Source: Squalus acanthias
Taxonomy: Eukaryota
DNA: 64,000 nt
Direction: 5' to 3'
Assembly (NCBI GenBank): GCA_030390025.1
Contig: CM059425.1
Span: 169,076,001 to 169,140,000, forward strand
Shown piece after piece: positions 48,982 through 60,898 of this stretch (positions within the stretch are counted from its first letter, which is position 1; each line of letters opens with the position of its first letter). Both the position numbers and the translations under genes were made by a program. Below the pieces are notes generated by a model. It was not told the DNA's origin, ran no database searches, and was given only the letters and a program-made list of their open reading frames with translations.

Positions 48982-49807
48982 CTACACATAAAAATATTGT
49001 TGAAGCAAGATTAAATCCAAGTCTAATAGCTCAATATTCAAACTGATATATTTAACTCCCAGCACACTGCCTTTGTTGAGCTTTTTTTTCCCAACTGAAA
49101 AGATATCTTCTTGAATGGAGAAGGTTTCACGTGTAAAATCATTTAAAGATCACCTCCTGAAGATGAGATGATTTTTCTGGGGATAAAATGTATGGCAACA
49201 GAACGTACATGAATGTACTTTACTGCTCAGTGTTAGGAGCCCTAAATTGTACGGATATCAAATCCTTGGGTAATTTGAAAATTAAGAGGCGTTAATTGTG
49301 TTCCTGTTAGGTGAGCAAGTCACAATTTGCGGCTCTGACTCTTTTGCATTCCTAATGGCAACAAATTTGAAATAGCTCAAATATTTTATTTGTGAAATGT
49401 TGATCGCTAAGTTCAAGAAATCTTCAGTGCGAAAGGAAAGGTAAAGAACAAACTTGTTTTCTTTTTCTTTTAGGTGACTGTCCCAATTTTTGGGTTATGT
49501 GCCTAATAAAAACTATAATTTTTTAAAAACTTAGCCTTATATGCTGCAAGAATTGATAGTGTAATACCTCGCTGTCAGCTAACCATTCTCCTGTTTGATG
49601 AATAAAAATATATCAGTTTGTAATTTATATCAGAGTTACGAATGGTCATTATCCACAGGAAGAGACTATACGATTGAACTTCAGTAACTACTAAAAATGG
49701 CATCAGTATTGTCAGCTGGTAAATGCTTTTGGGGATGTGGAGTCCATTCTGCCTTTTCTCTCAGAAGGTAAGATGTATTATTGTAAGTTCTAACCTATCT
49801 GGTATGA

Positions 49808-52362
49808 TGCCAGACTTCTCCATTGCCATCCCTGGGTATGTCTTGTCCCACTGGCAGGACAGACTCACCAGAGGTAGTGCACAGTGGGAGAGAGTGGCCC
49901 TGGGAGTCCTCAACATTGACTTCAGACCCCATGAAGTCTCATGGCATCATCAAATATGGACAAGGACACCTCCTGCTTACTACCACCTACCGCCCTCCCT
50001 CAGCTGATGAATCAGTACTCCTCCATGTTGAACACCACTTGGAAGAAGCACTGAGGGTAGCAAGGACACAGAATGTACTCTGGGTGGGGGACTTCAATGT
50101 CCATCACCAAAAGTGGCTTGGTAGCACCACTTCTGACCGAGCTGGCTGAGTCCTTAAGGACATAGCTGCCAGACTGGGCCTGTGACAGAACTAACATGAG
50201 GGAAAAACCTACTTGACCTCCTCCTAACCAATCTACATGTCACAGATGTATCTGTCCATGACAGTATTGGTAGGAGTGACCACTGCACCGTCCTTGTGGA
50301 GACGAAGTCCCTTCTTCACTCTGAGAACACCCTCCATTGTGTTGTGTGGCACTACCACCGTGCAAAATAGGATAGATTCAGAACAGATCTAGCATTCAAA
50401 ACTGAGCATCCATGAGGTGCTGTGGATCATCAGCACCACAATCTGTAACCTCATGGCCTGGCATATCCCTCACTTTGCCATTACCATCAAGCCAGGGGAC
50501 CAACCCTGGTTCAATGAGGAGTGTAGAAGAGCATGCCAGGAGCAGCACCAGGCATATCTAAAAATGAGGTGCCAACCTGTTGAAGCTGCAACACAGGACT
50601 ACATGCATGCTAAACAGTGGAAGCAGCATGCTATAGACAGGGCTAAGCGATCCCACAACCAATGGATCAGGTCAAAGCTCTGCAGTCCCGTCACATCCAG
50701 TCGTGAATGGTAGTGGACAATTAAACAACTAAGGGGAGGAGGAGGCTCCATGAACATCCCCATCCTCAATGATGGCGGAGCCCAGCACGCGAGTGCAAAA
50801 GACAAGGCTGAAGCGTTTGCAACCATCTTCAGCCAGAATGCCCAGTGGATGATCTATCTCTTCCTCCTTCTGAGGTGCCCACCATCACAGAAGCCACTCT
50901 TCAGCTAATTCGATTCACTCCACGTGATATGAAGAGACAGCTGAGCGCACTGGATACAGCAAAGGCTATGGGCCCCAACAACATCCCGACTGTAATGCTG
51001 AAGACTTGTGCTCCAGAACTAGTCGCATCTCTAGCCAAGCTGTTCCAGTACAGCTACACCACTGGCATCTAACTGACAATGTGGAAAATTGCCCAGGTAT
51101 GTCCTGTCCACAAAAAGCAGGACAAATCCAATCTGGCCAGTTACTGCCCCATCAGACTAGTCTCAATCATCAGCAAAGTGATGGAAGGTGTCGTTGACAG
51201 TGCTATCAAACGGCACTTACTTACCAATAACCTGCTCTCCGATGCTCAGTTTGGATTCCGCTGGGACCACTCGGCTCCAGACCTTAATCCAAACATGGAC
51301 TAAAGAACTGAATTCCAGAGGTAAGGTGAGAGTGATTGTCCTTGTCATCAAGGCAGCATTTGACCGCGTGTGGCATCAAGGAGCCCGAGTAAAATTGAAG
51401 TCAATGGGAATCAGGGGGAAAACTCTCCACTGGCTGGAGTCATACCTAGCACAAAGGAAGATGGTTGTTTTTGTTGGAGGCCAATCATCTCAGCCACAGG
51501 GCATTACTGCAGGAGTTCCTCAGGGCAGTGTCCTAGGCCCAAGCATCTTCAGCTGCTTCATCAATGACCTTCCCTCAATCATAAGGTCAGAAATGGGGAT
51601 GTTCGCTGATGATTGCACAGTGTTCAGTTCCATTCGCAACTCCTCAGATAATGAAGCAGTCTGTGCCTGCATACAGCAACACCTGGACAACATCCAGGTT
51701 TGGCTGATAAGTGGCAAATAACATTTGTGCCACACAAGTACCAGGCAATGAGCATCACCAATAAGAGAGAATCTAACCACTTCCCCTTGACATTCAATGG
51801 CATTACCATCACCGAATCCCCCACCATCAACATCTTGGGGGGTGTCACCATTGACCAGAAACTTAACTGGACAAGCCACATAAATACTGTGGCAACAAGA
51901 GCAGGTCAGAGGCTAGGTATTCTGCGGCGAGTGTCTCACCTCCTGGCTCCCCAAAGCCTTTCCACTATCTACAAGGCACAAGTCAGGAGTGTGATGGAAT
52001 ACTTTTCACTTGCCTGGATGAGTGCAGCTCCAACAACACTCAAGAAGCTCGACAACATCCAGAACAAAGCAGTTCACTTGATTGGCACCCCATCCATCAC
52101 CTTAAACATTCACTCCCTCCACCACCGGTGCACCATGGCTGCAGTGTGTACCATCTACAAGATGCACTGCAGCAACTCGCCAAGGCTTCTTCGACAGCAC
52201 CTCCCAAACCCGCAACCTCTACCACCTAGAAGGACAAGGGCAGCAGGCGCATGGGAACACCACTCCAAGTCGCACACCTTTCTGACTTGGAAATATATTG
52301 CTGTTCCTTCATCATCGCTGGGTCAAATTGCTGGAACTCCCTACCTAACAGCACTGTGGGAG
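49808..52362 (+). mobile_element. Second copy of the family-B LINE (EN-RT), lacking its extreme 3' end
   Basis: Collinear with the reverse complement of ~11715-14330; many stops and frameshifts. Confidence 0.93.
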
Positions 52363-52535
52363 TTGCTGCAGTGCATCTTGTAGATGGTAGACTCTGCAGC
52401 CACGATATGCCGGTGGTGGAGGGAGTGAATGTTTAAGGTGGTGGATGGGATGCCAATCAAACGGGCTGCTTTGTCCTGGATGGTGTTGAGCTTCTTGAGT
52501 GTTGTTGCAGCTGCACTCATCCAGGCAAGTGGAGA
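52359..52535 (-). mobile_element. Inverted fragment of the family-B LINE
   Basis: Reverse complement aligns to ~52003-52178. Confidence 0.85.
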
Positions 52536-53960
52536 TTGACTGAGCATCCACAGCCCTCGAAGGTAGAGAATTCCAAAGATTCACAACCCTCTGAGTGAAG
52601 AAATTTCTCCTCATCTCAGTTCTAAATGGCTGTCCCCTTATCCTGAGACTATGCTCCCTAGTTCTAGACTCTCCAGCCACGGGAAACAGTCTCTCAGCAT
52701 CTATCCTGTCAAGCCCTCTAAGAAATTTATACATTTCAATGAGATCACCTCTCATTCTTCTAAACTCCAGAGAGTATAGGCCCATTCTACTCAATCTCTC
52801 CTCACAGGACAGCCCTCTCATCCCAGGAATCAATCTAGTGAACCTTTGTTGCACCGCCTCCAAGGCAAATGTATCCTTCCTTAGGTAAGGAGACCAAACT
52901 CTGTACAGTACTCCAGGTCTCACCAAAGCCCTATATAATTGCAGCAAGACATCCTTACTCTTATACTCCAACCCTCTTGCAATAAAGGCTAACATACCAT
53001 TTGCCTTCCTAATTGCTTGCTGTTCCTGCATGTTAACTTTCTGTGATTTGTGTACAAGGACACCCAAATCCCGCTGAATACCAACATTTACTAGTCTCTC
53101 ACCTTTTAAAAAAAATTCTGCTTTTCTATTCTTCCTACCAAAGTGGATAATTTCACATTTCCCCACATCATTCTACATCAGCCACCTTCTTGCCCAATCG
53201 CTTAGCCTGTCTATATCCCTTTGCAGCCTTTTTGTGTCCTCCTCTCAGCTTACTTTTCCACCTAGCTCATCGTCAGCAAACTTGGATATATTATACTTGG
53301 TCCCCTCATCTAAGTCATTAATATAGATTGTAAATAGCTAAAGCCCAAGCCTGATCCTTGCGGCACTCCACTAGTTACACCCTGCCATCCCGAAAATGAC
53401 CTGTTTATTCCTACTCTCTCTTTTCTGTCCATTAACCAATCCTCAAACCATGCTAATATATTACCCCCAATCCCAGGAGCCCTAATTTTGTGTGGCACCT
53501 TATCGAATGCCTTTTGAAAATCCAAATATACTACATCCACTGGTTCCCCCTTATCTACCCTGCTAGTTACACCCACAAAAAACTCTAATAGATGTGTCAA
53601 ACACAATTTCCCTTTCATAAAACCGTGTTGACTCTGCCTAATCATATTGTGATTTTCCAAGTGCCCTGATACTATGACCTTAATAATAGATTTGAGCATT
53701 TTCCCTACTACTGATGTCAGGCTAACTGGCATGTTTTCTCTCTCTCTCCTTTCTTAAACAACGAGGACCATTCTACATTTGCTCCCTTCCAAACCACAGG
53801 GACCATTCTAGAATCTAGGGAATTCTGGAAGATAAAAACCAATGCATCCACTACCTCTCTTTTAAAACCCTAGGGTGTAGGCTCTCAGGTCCAGGAGATT
53901 TGTTGGCATTTAGTCTGATTAATTTCTCCAGTACTTTTTCTTTACTAATATTAATTACTT

Positions 53961-56619
53961 TAGCATGACATGGAGATGGAGCAGAGGCAGCAAAGGGGAC
54001 AAGCTGCTCGCAGAAGTAGGAGGAAGAAGAGGAAGCAGAAGAGGAGGAAGTGGAAGAGGAGGCAGAGGAATTGGAAGGAAGGAGGCAACCCAGATAGCCC
54101 CTTTCTGGCCAGGATATACGGGATTGAATCATCTGCCTGCGGTACCAGTGAACACAACCTCAATTCCTCTTTCAACATTAGTCACACACCTTACCTTCCC
54201 TCTGTTACTGACCATCACAGCATCCATTTGGGCACAATGCTGAAAGCAAACATTCCAATCCAACTTTAGACAGCTATCCATCCAATATTACATCAAAAAA
54301 AATTAACTAATCACCCTTGTACATTCCCTTAGTGACTGTCTTGCGTGTGCCTTTGCCTATCATAGTGCTTCTACGCAGTGCTACCCCAGTGGCTGCAGCA
54401 TAGCTGGTGGAAGGCTGATGACTTTCAGTGGGGGAGACTACAAATGGCCTTGCAAGACAACCTTGAGGAGCCCTGGGCCTAGTAGGCCTGGCTTTGGACT
54501 GCACCACCTCGGCATGGATGGCAGCAGTCTGGGCTGGCTGGCTGACAGACAACAGCAAGGGCACTGGCGGTGTCGGAGTGGTGGGAGGATGAATGCTGTC
54601 ATCCTGAGAGAGGACAGCAAGGTCACCCTCCACGGATCCATTGCCACTCCCCCGGGGCAGCGCCTCAGCAATCCTAGTAATCTGCTGGAGTACAGGTTGC
54701 TGGACTGCTGTGACACCCTGCAAGCCCCTTTCAATACTAATAAACCCTGTCTGTGCTTGCATGGCAGCAAGCTGAGCTTACATGACTTCAGAGCTTCCAC
54801 TGCAGCACTCAGATGTTGGGTGGCTTGTGCTTGTGCTGCAATGGAAGCGGAGACTTCGGCCATCAGACGTGGCATGATGGTTGGGTCTGCAAGTGCGTTA
54901 ATGGATCTGCCCAGCCCTTCCAAGCTGGAAAGGATGGGCTCCAAGCTCTGCCCAAAGCCCTGTGCAAGACTGGAGCTGGATTCCTCCATGCTCCTTGACA
55001 TTGCATTCAGGCTTTCTGGCAGACCTGCCAATAGACCAAGCATTTCATTGTGCATATCCATCAGCGTTTTTCTGTAGGTTGTCCCATTGAAGTCTTCATC
55101 TGAGTCCTGTGCAGCAGAACATGTGTGTGACCTCGCCCTCCGGGGAGCTGGCACCTGTGCTACCCTGTCCTGGCTGCAGGCCACTCGTGCCCTGTGTCTC
55201 ACCACATGTAGATCCCGTGTCTAACCTATCCTCTAAAGTATGCAGAGTGTCAGTATCTGAGCTGGTGGCTGGGAGTGTGAAACCGAGTGACAGTGTTTCT
55301 TCTTCTTCTTCACTCTCCTCTCCCTCTTGTTGTTCAACCACTGGCTGGCAGGCTGGATTTCTTGGGTGTCTGAAATGAAAAAGGCACAAGGGTAGGGTTG
55401 TGATGAGGGGAGGGGGTTAAAGCAAGAGGTGCATACTTACACCATGTGCAGCTTGTAAATCAGAAGAGATTGTGGGATGAGGGGGAAGTGGGATGTGAGA
55501 AGGAAGATAATGTATGAGGATACGGCATCTTGTATTCTTTCAGCCCCGCCACTGGCCACGGGCTCAGCTGTGCCCCTGCCAAGAATGGTCAGCACCGTCT
55601 CCTCCATGGGGGTGAGGTCATGCAGGCGAGCCTATCCCCCTGCTGGTTATGTGCCACCTTTTCCTGCAAGAGAAAGGGAAATGTGTCAGTGAGTGTGGAG
55701 TAATATATTTGGGTGATGTGGCTATCATGGTTGAATAACTGACAGTGTTTTCAAGCTGTGAGATGTGGGTGTGAGGCTTGCAGCAGTGGTAAGTGTGTGA
55801 GGGTGAGGTGAAGATAGGAATGTGAGGTGGGAGTCGTGTTTGGTTGAGATTGTTGGTAGGTGAGTGATGGGGGTGTGGTGCATTGAGCAGTGTGTGAGGC
55901 TAGTGGAGCAGTTGGTAGGAGACGGCTTTTGAAGATGCATTCACTAATCTTGACCAAAGGTCATTAAACTTCTTAGGGAACTGGAGCCACATCCTGGGGG
56001 CGACACTGCTGGCAGTGACCGCCTCGGCGATCTGGTCCCACATCCTTCTTAGTGTTTCTGGAGGGCCTCCTTGCCCCCTGTGGGTAGGGGACCTCTCTTC
56101 GAGTGTTCTCCCCCTGCACAAAGGCCTCACGTGCTGCATCTGAGACCCTGGATGCAATGTTCCCCATATTTTTTATTTGGGTGCACGGCCCCTTTAAGGG
56201 GCTGCATGGCCCATTCACAGTTTTGCGGGACTGGCTGAGAGCTGTGCGGCCACGTAGCTTAGAGGAAACATTGCCTGGGTGCTCTTTCGCTGGCCTGTTG
56301 AACCATTTTGGTTTGTGTTGAAGCAGTTTTAAAATTTTTGATGACCAGAAAGCAGCTCACCTTTAAGAGGTGCAGACTGCCTTTAAGAGGCGCAGGCTAG
56401 TTTTAAATAAAGCCTCGCGCGAACATCGCAAACTTCGGTCCCCTGCTACGTGCAAAGCCAGTCAGCAGCATGTTCAGTGCTGGGCTGTGCACTGTTACCA
56501 TGCAAAGTAACTGGCAGCATGAATTTTACATGTTGCCTGCACTCCTTTCAACGGGTGCGGGCTGATCACGCATTGCAATCCCCACGCCTGTTTTCGGGCC
56601 TAATCCAATTTTACCTCCC
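53961..56619. mobile_element. PIF/Harbinger transposon, family 3, left part deleted
   Basis: Transposase acidic tail on + (53961-54150, ending IICLRYQ*). Spliced Myb/SANT gene on - from ATG 56306 to TAG 54307 (MVQQASERAPR..., KKFNDL, ends KGMYKGD*). Right end ccaattttacctccc. Confidence 0.85.
56155..56273. mobile_element. 119-bp hAT MITE inserted in the Harbinger Myb exon 1
   Basis: TIRs caatgttccc / ggaaacattg; 8-bp TSD cctggatg (56147-56154) / cctgggtg (56274-56281). Confidence 0.88.
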
Positions 56620-57168
56620 AGTGCAGTCAGATATCTGTCATTTTCTTATTCCCCATTATAATTTCTCCTGTCACTGCCTCTAACTCAGTGGCTCTCTAAC
56701 TTTTTTGGTTGAAAGACCCCTTTTCAAATCGATTCGTAATCACGGACCTCCCCCCATCTAAATTATAATACTACAAATACTCATAATATGAAAGTGCTGC
56801 ATGTAAAGAGTGTTTTAATAATGCTTTGAAGAAAACAGGTATTTACTTATAGGTATCAATGAGATGGGTGTGCCTGCTTCTCACAGCACAGTCTGACTAT
56901 CCTCGGTGTGATGTTTGACAATTTATTTAAAGCTGCGCCTGTTGTTCACTTTCCTACTTGTTACATAATTTTAAGTACTGTCCTAAAAACAATTGCTCAT
57001 CTACGAATTTTAATATGAACCTTTTTAAAAAATATAATTTGAAATGAGCAAAAGTGACGTTATAAAGACCACGGAGCACTGAGCCAGGCCAAAGGATCGC
57101 CGGACTCTCCGCCGAATATATTCGCACAATCGACTTATGGGCAAAACGAAAGTAAAACAAAACAATTT

Positions 57169-57925
57169 GGGGGAGAAATTCGGCTGCTTTGCGCCTCCCG
57201 TTAGCGCCTGGGGGGGGGGTGGGGGTGGTAATGGGGCGCTAAGGGGTTAGCGACCGGGTGCGGTGAATTCAGCGATGCCCGTGAACTTCCCTGCCGGCTT
57301 ATCGCTTCGCCCTCTAGCTCCTCGCAGATTGTGACGTCACATAGTGAGCAGCGCCCCGTTACCACCCCGGATGTGAAATTGCCTCCCGCCCCCTGCTGTA
57401 TCACCGGGCGTCAGCAACGGCAGGAAGAGGAGGCGTTGTCACCTCAGCTGGCCGCTTGGGGAGCGCTAATTAAAGGCAGTGGTTTTCAGGGAGGCCAAAC
57501 TTTATTCTTTGCACCAGTCTGGTGCCTGCTGAAAGTTTTCGATGCTTTATTGCTGTGAGATGTCCAAGCCCTCCACTCTCACAGTGTTTGGGGATGTAAT
57601 GGCAGTCGCGCAGGTCGCCTGGCAACACAGAACTGAGCAGAAGTATGGTGTGCATCATCATTGGCCCTTCCCTTTAAGTGAAGGAAGCAGCCCCCGATGC
57701 CGGTATCTTTTCACTCCACATTGTTCAGCGCTCTGTCACTACTGCCCCGCTCTCACACTTTAGCGCCCTAAGAGAAGTGGTTAGCGCTTGATTTAGCGCT
57801 CCACTTCCCTCCTGGAGCGCTAAAGTTCAATTTCCCGGGACCAGAAAATGATTATCACCTGGCGATACTTTTCCGAGATTTCAAAAGTTATTGCCCCAAA
57901 CGGGGCACTACGGAATTTCTAGCCC
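57169..57925. mobile_element. Harbinger family-2 MITE (757 bp)
   Basis: TIRs gggggagaaattcgg / cggaatttctagccc; flanks ttt/tta. Arms align to the ends of 27825-32604 in reverse orientation. Confidence 0.88.
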
Positions 57926-58399
57926 TTAGTCACACATTCGTTATTTTTTTTAAAGGTTGTAAACCGCAGTGTCAAAAGTTTCGGAGGTTTCGAACATGCA
58001 AGTCCACGATCTGGAGCCTCAAATGGTCTCATCTGCTTTGCCCACTACTCAGTGTCCGGAATTTACCCTGAAATGCCTCGCCCATTGCAACATTTCCTTC
58101 CCGCTTACAGTGCTGTAAACTGAAGGCTGCCCCACCTCCTGCACCATTATTTGCTCTGCTCTTCTCAGCCACATCTCTCCATGAGACTGAAAAATAAACA
58201 AAGCTGGGCCCCAATGGAAGGCTTTTCCAAATAAGTCATCCTTCTCTTCATTACCAGCCAGCCAACCTCCGCTCTCCTCCCGCAGACTCCAATGAGGATA
58301 TTGGAAGGAACCTGAACATGAACACTCTGGTCCCGCCTCCTCCCCGATCCTCATTGGTTCATTTTTACAGCCTGCAATTTTTCAAAGATCTTCTCCAAC

Positions 58400-58641
58400 C
58401 TCCAAGCTCCCCTCCAAGTCACACACCATCCTGACTTAGACGTATATCGCCGATCCTTCATCGTCGCTGGGTCAAAATCCTGGAACTCCCTCCCTAACAG
58501 CACTGTGGGAGTACCTTCACCACACGGACTGCAGCAGTTCAAGAAGGCAGCTCACCACCACCTTCTCGAGGGCAATTAGGGATGGGCAATAAATGCTGGC
58601 CTTGCCAGCGACGCCCACATCCCATGAATGAATTTAAAAAA
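58400..58641 (+). mobile_element. Family-B LINE 3' end
   Basis: Reverse complement of 11590-11815; A tail. Confidence 0.9.
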
Positions 58642-59490
58642 AGAATAATTGGTCAATGCTTTGCGAACCCCCTGGATGGTCTCTGCGGACCCCAGTTTGA
58701 GAACCACTGCTCTAAGGGACCCACATTTACTTTTGCTAATCTCTTCCTTTTTATGTACTTGTAAAAGCTCTTACAATCTGTTTTTATATTTCTTGCTAGT
58801 TTGTTCTCATCTTCTATTTTCTCCCTTTTTATCAATTTATTGGTCATCCTTTGCTGATTTTTAAAACCCTCCTAATCCTCAGACTCTTTTTGGCAACATT
58901 GTAAGCCTCTTTTTTAATTTAATACTATCCTTACCTTCTCTCGTTAGCCATGGTTGTACCACTTTTCCAGTGGAGTTTTTATTCCTCAAGGGAATGTATA
59001 TTCGTTAAGAATTATGAATTATTTCTTTAAATATTTCAAATTGCTTATCTACCGTCATCTCTTTTAATAAATATGAACCTTTTACTTTGTAAAGGTACTT
59101 TGTATACTTGGATAATATAGTATGTTTAACAATTCAGTAGTGGCATGCAGAAATGTCATTGGGTGGAAGGAAATCTCCAGAGAGAAGGAGGGATACAAGT
59201 AAATAGTCACAGTGGAGTCAGGGTTGTGGACTCAGAATTTGAGGGTTGTTATGTAGATGACATAAGGTCACTATAGAGCCTTGAGGCCAGCCACTATACC
59301 ACAAAAGAAAGCAAACAGGTGGAATTGGGGCAGTCCCCAGCCTGAAATTGGATTGCTGAAATGGTACGCAAATGGGCAAGGAGGTCCTGGTTTTTTAGAG
59401 GTCCAGAGCTTTGGTGGTTAGTACGTGTGGTGACACCAGGCTTCCGAATAATGATAGTTAGACCTGGTGGGCCAGGTTAGGACCATGGCC

Positions 59491-59677
59491 GGGGTGTGTG
59501 GATGGGTTCCTGTCAGTGACGGGGATGGGGCGCAGGGAGTTTATCGGTTCCTATCAGTGACAAGGGGGGTGGGGGAGGTTGGGTGTGGGTCGGTTCCTGT
59601 CAGTGACTGGGACTGGGGCGGGGGATGTGTGGCAGTGGGTCAGTTCCTGTCAGTGACGGGGGTGTGTGGGATGGGTT
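59491..59677. repeat. Minisatellite: four copies of GTTCCTGTCAGTGAC with G-rich linkers
   Basis: Cores at 59506, 59547 (one mismatch), 59593 and 59643. Confidence 0.85.
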
Positions 59678-59679
59678 AT

Positions 59680-60815
59680 CCCTTCTTGAGCTCTCTGCAG
59701 CTTTTGATATGGTTGACTGCACCACTCACCTCCACCGCTTTTCCTCTACTATCCACCTCTGTAGCACTGTATTGAACGTGTTTCATTCTGATGAAAGGTC
59801 ATCGACCTGAAACGTTAACTCTCTTTCTCTCTCCACGGATGCTGCCTGGCCTGCTGAGTTTTTCCAGCGTTTTCTGTTGTTATTTCGGATTTCCAGCATC
59901 CGCAGTATTTTGCTATCGTATTAGTGTTTCATTCTTATCTGTCCCAATAAAGTCAGAGCATTTCCTGTGTCTGTATGGCTACCTCAAGTGTGCTCTAAGG
60001 TTTCATACTTGGCCCCTCCTATTCCTCATCTATATGCTACCCTTCAGGGACATTATTTGTAAGCACAGGGATAGCTTTCATAATGTTTGCTGACAATATC
60101 TAGCTTTATTACTCTGACATTACCATTGATTCTGTGACGGTTGCTGTGCTGTCTGTCTGCAGCTCAATGTTGGCACGATTGAAACCACCCTGTTCAATCC
60201 TGGCCAGATACTTTGTGCCCCTAATCTCATCCCTCTTCTTGGTTGAAATACACAACCTTGGTGTCATGCTCCCTTCAAACCCTATCAAAAAAAAAGACTG
60301 AAAGAGTCCATGACCAAGACTGTCTACATCCACCTCCATATCACCTGTCTTCATTCCTGCCTCACCTCCACTGCTGCTGAATCACTCATTCACATCCAGA
60401 CTCAACTTTTTTAATGCCCTCCTTGCCAGCCTCGAGCTCTAACTTACCTAAATTCTAATGTATCCAGAACTCCTCATCTGTAAATCCCTCAATGCCTCAC
60501 TCTTCTTTTTCCTCTGCAATCTCCTTCATCTCTATGCCTTTGCTTGCACCCTCTGTTCTTTCACCTCTGGTCTACTGGGCCTTCCACTCTACTATTGCTG
60601 ACATCTTGCCCCGACACTTTGGAACTCGATCTCGAAAGTTATCCACCTTGCTACATTTTCCCACTTTCAAAAGCTTCTTTAAAATTTCTGTCTTCAACTG
60701 TGCTTTCAGCCTTCTCCCCTAAATTCCCATTTACTCCTGCTTGTATCTGACCCCAGCTGTGAACAGCTTTGGGATAATTTGCTACCTTAAATGCCCTACA
60801 GAAATATAAGTTGTT
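59680..60815 (+). mobile_element. Highly degraded L2
   Basis: LLELSAAFDMVD, PLLFLIYMLPF; tail aaatataagttgttgtt. Confidence 0.7.
59786..59915 (+). mobile_element. Penelope-type fragment with intact hammerhead core (59788-59815)
   Basis: CTGATGA-a-aggtc.atc.gacct-GAAA-cgtt-aactc; same downstream sequence as 24052-24163. Confidence 0.72.
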
Positions 60816-60898
60816 GTTCTATCCATTCTCGCTGGCTGATTTGCTCTTTTAGTTCATAACATTGTTATGCATTTGAAAGTTCTATAATTTCCTCTCAC

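Larger units (their letters stand above)
56686..58709 (-). mobile_element. Non-autonomous hAT-Charlie/Buster-type transposon
   Basis: TIRs cagtggctctc / gagaaccactg; flanks ctctaact / ctctaagg (6 of 8 match). Transposase C-terminus LSNITPRIVRLCCEKQAHPSH* at 56921-56856. Confidence 0.85.
52536..59065 (-). mobile_element. HER1-like CR1 in three pieces (52536-53960, 56620-56685, 58710-59065)
   Basis: On - it reads ...KRKRLAKVNVGPL | EAVTGEIIMGNKKM | KVINISKEKVLEKL...[13 protein letters not shown]...RRNFFTQRVV across the two insertions. Confidence 0.85.

Noticed and set aside
59506..59657. CRISPR-like repeat-spacer appearance
   Set aside because: Vertebrate context, 15-bp repeat, low-complexity related spacers of uneven length, no cas genes.
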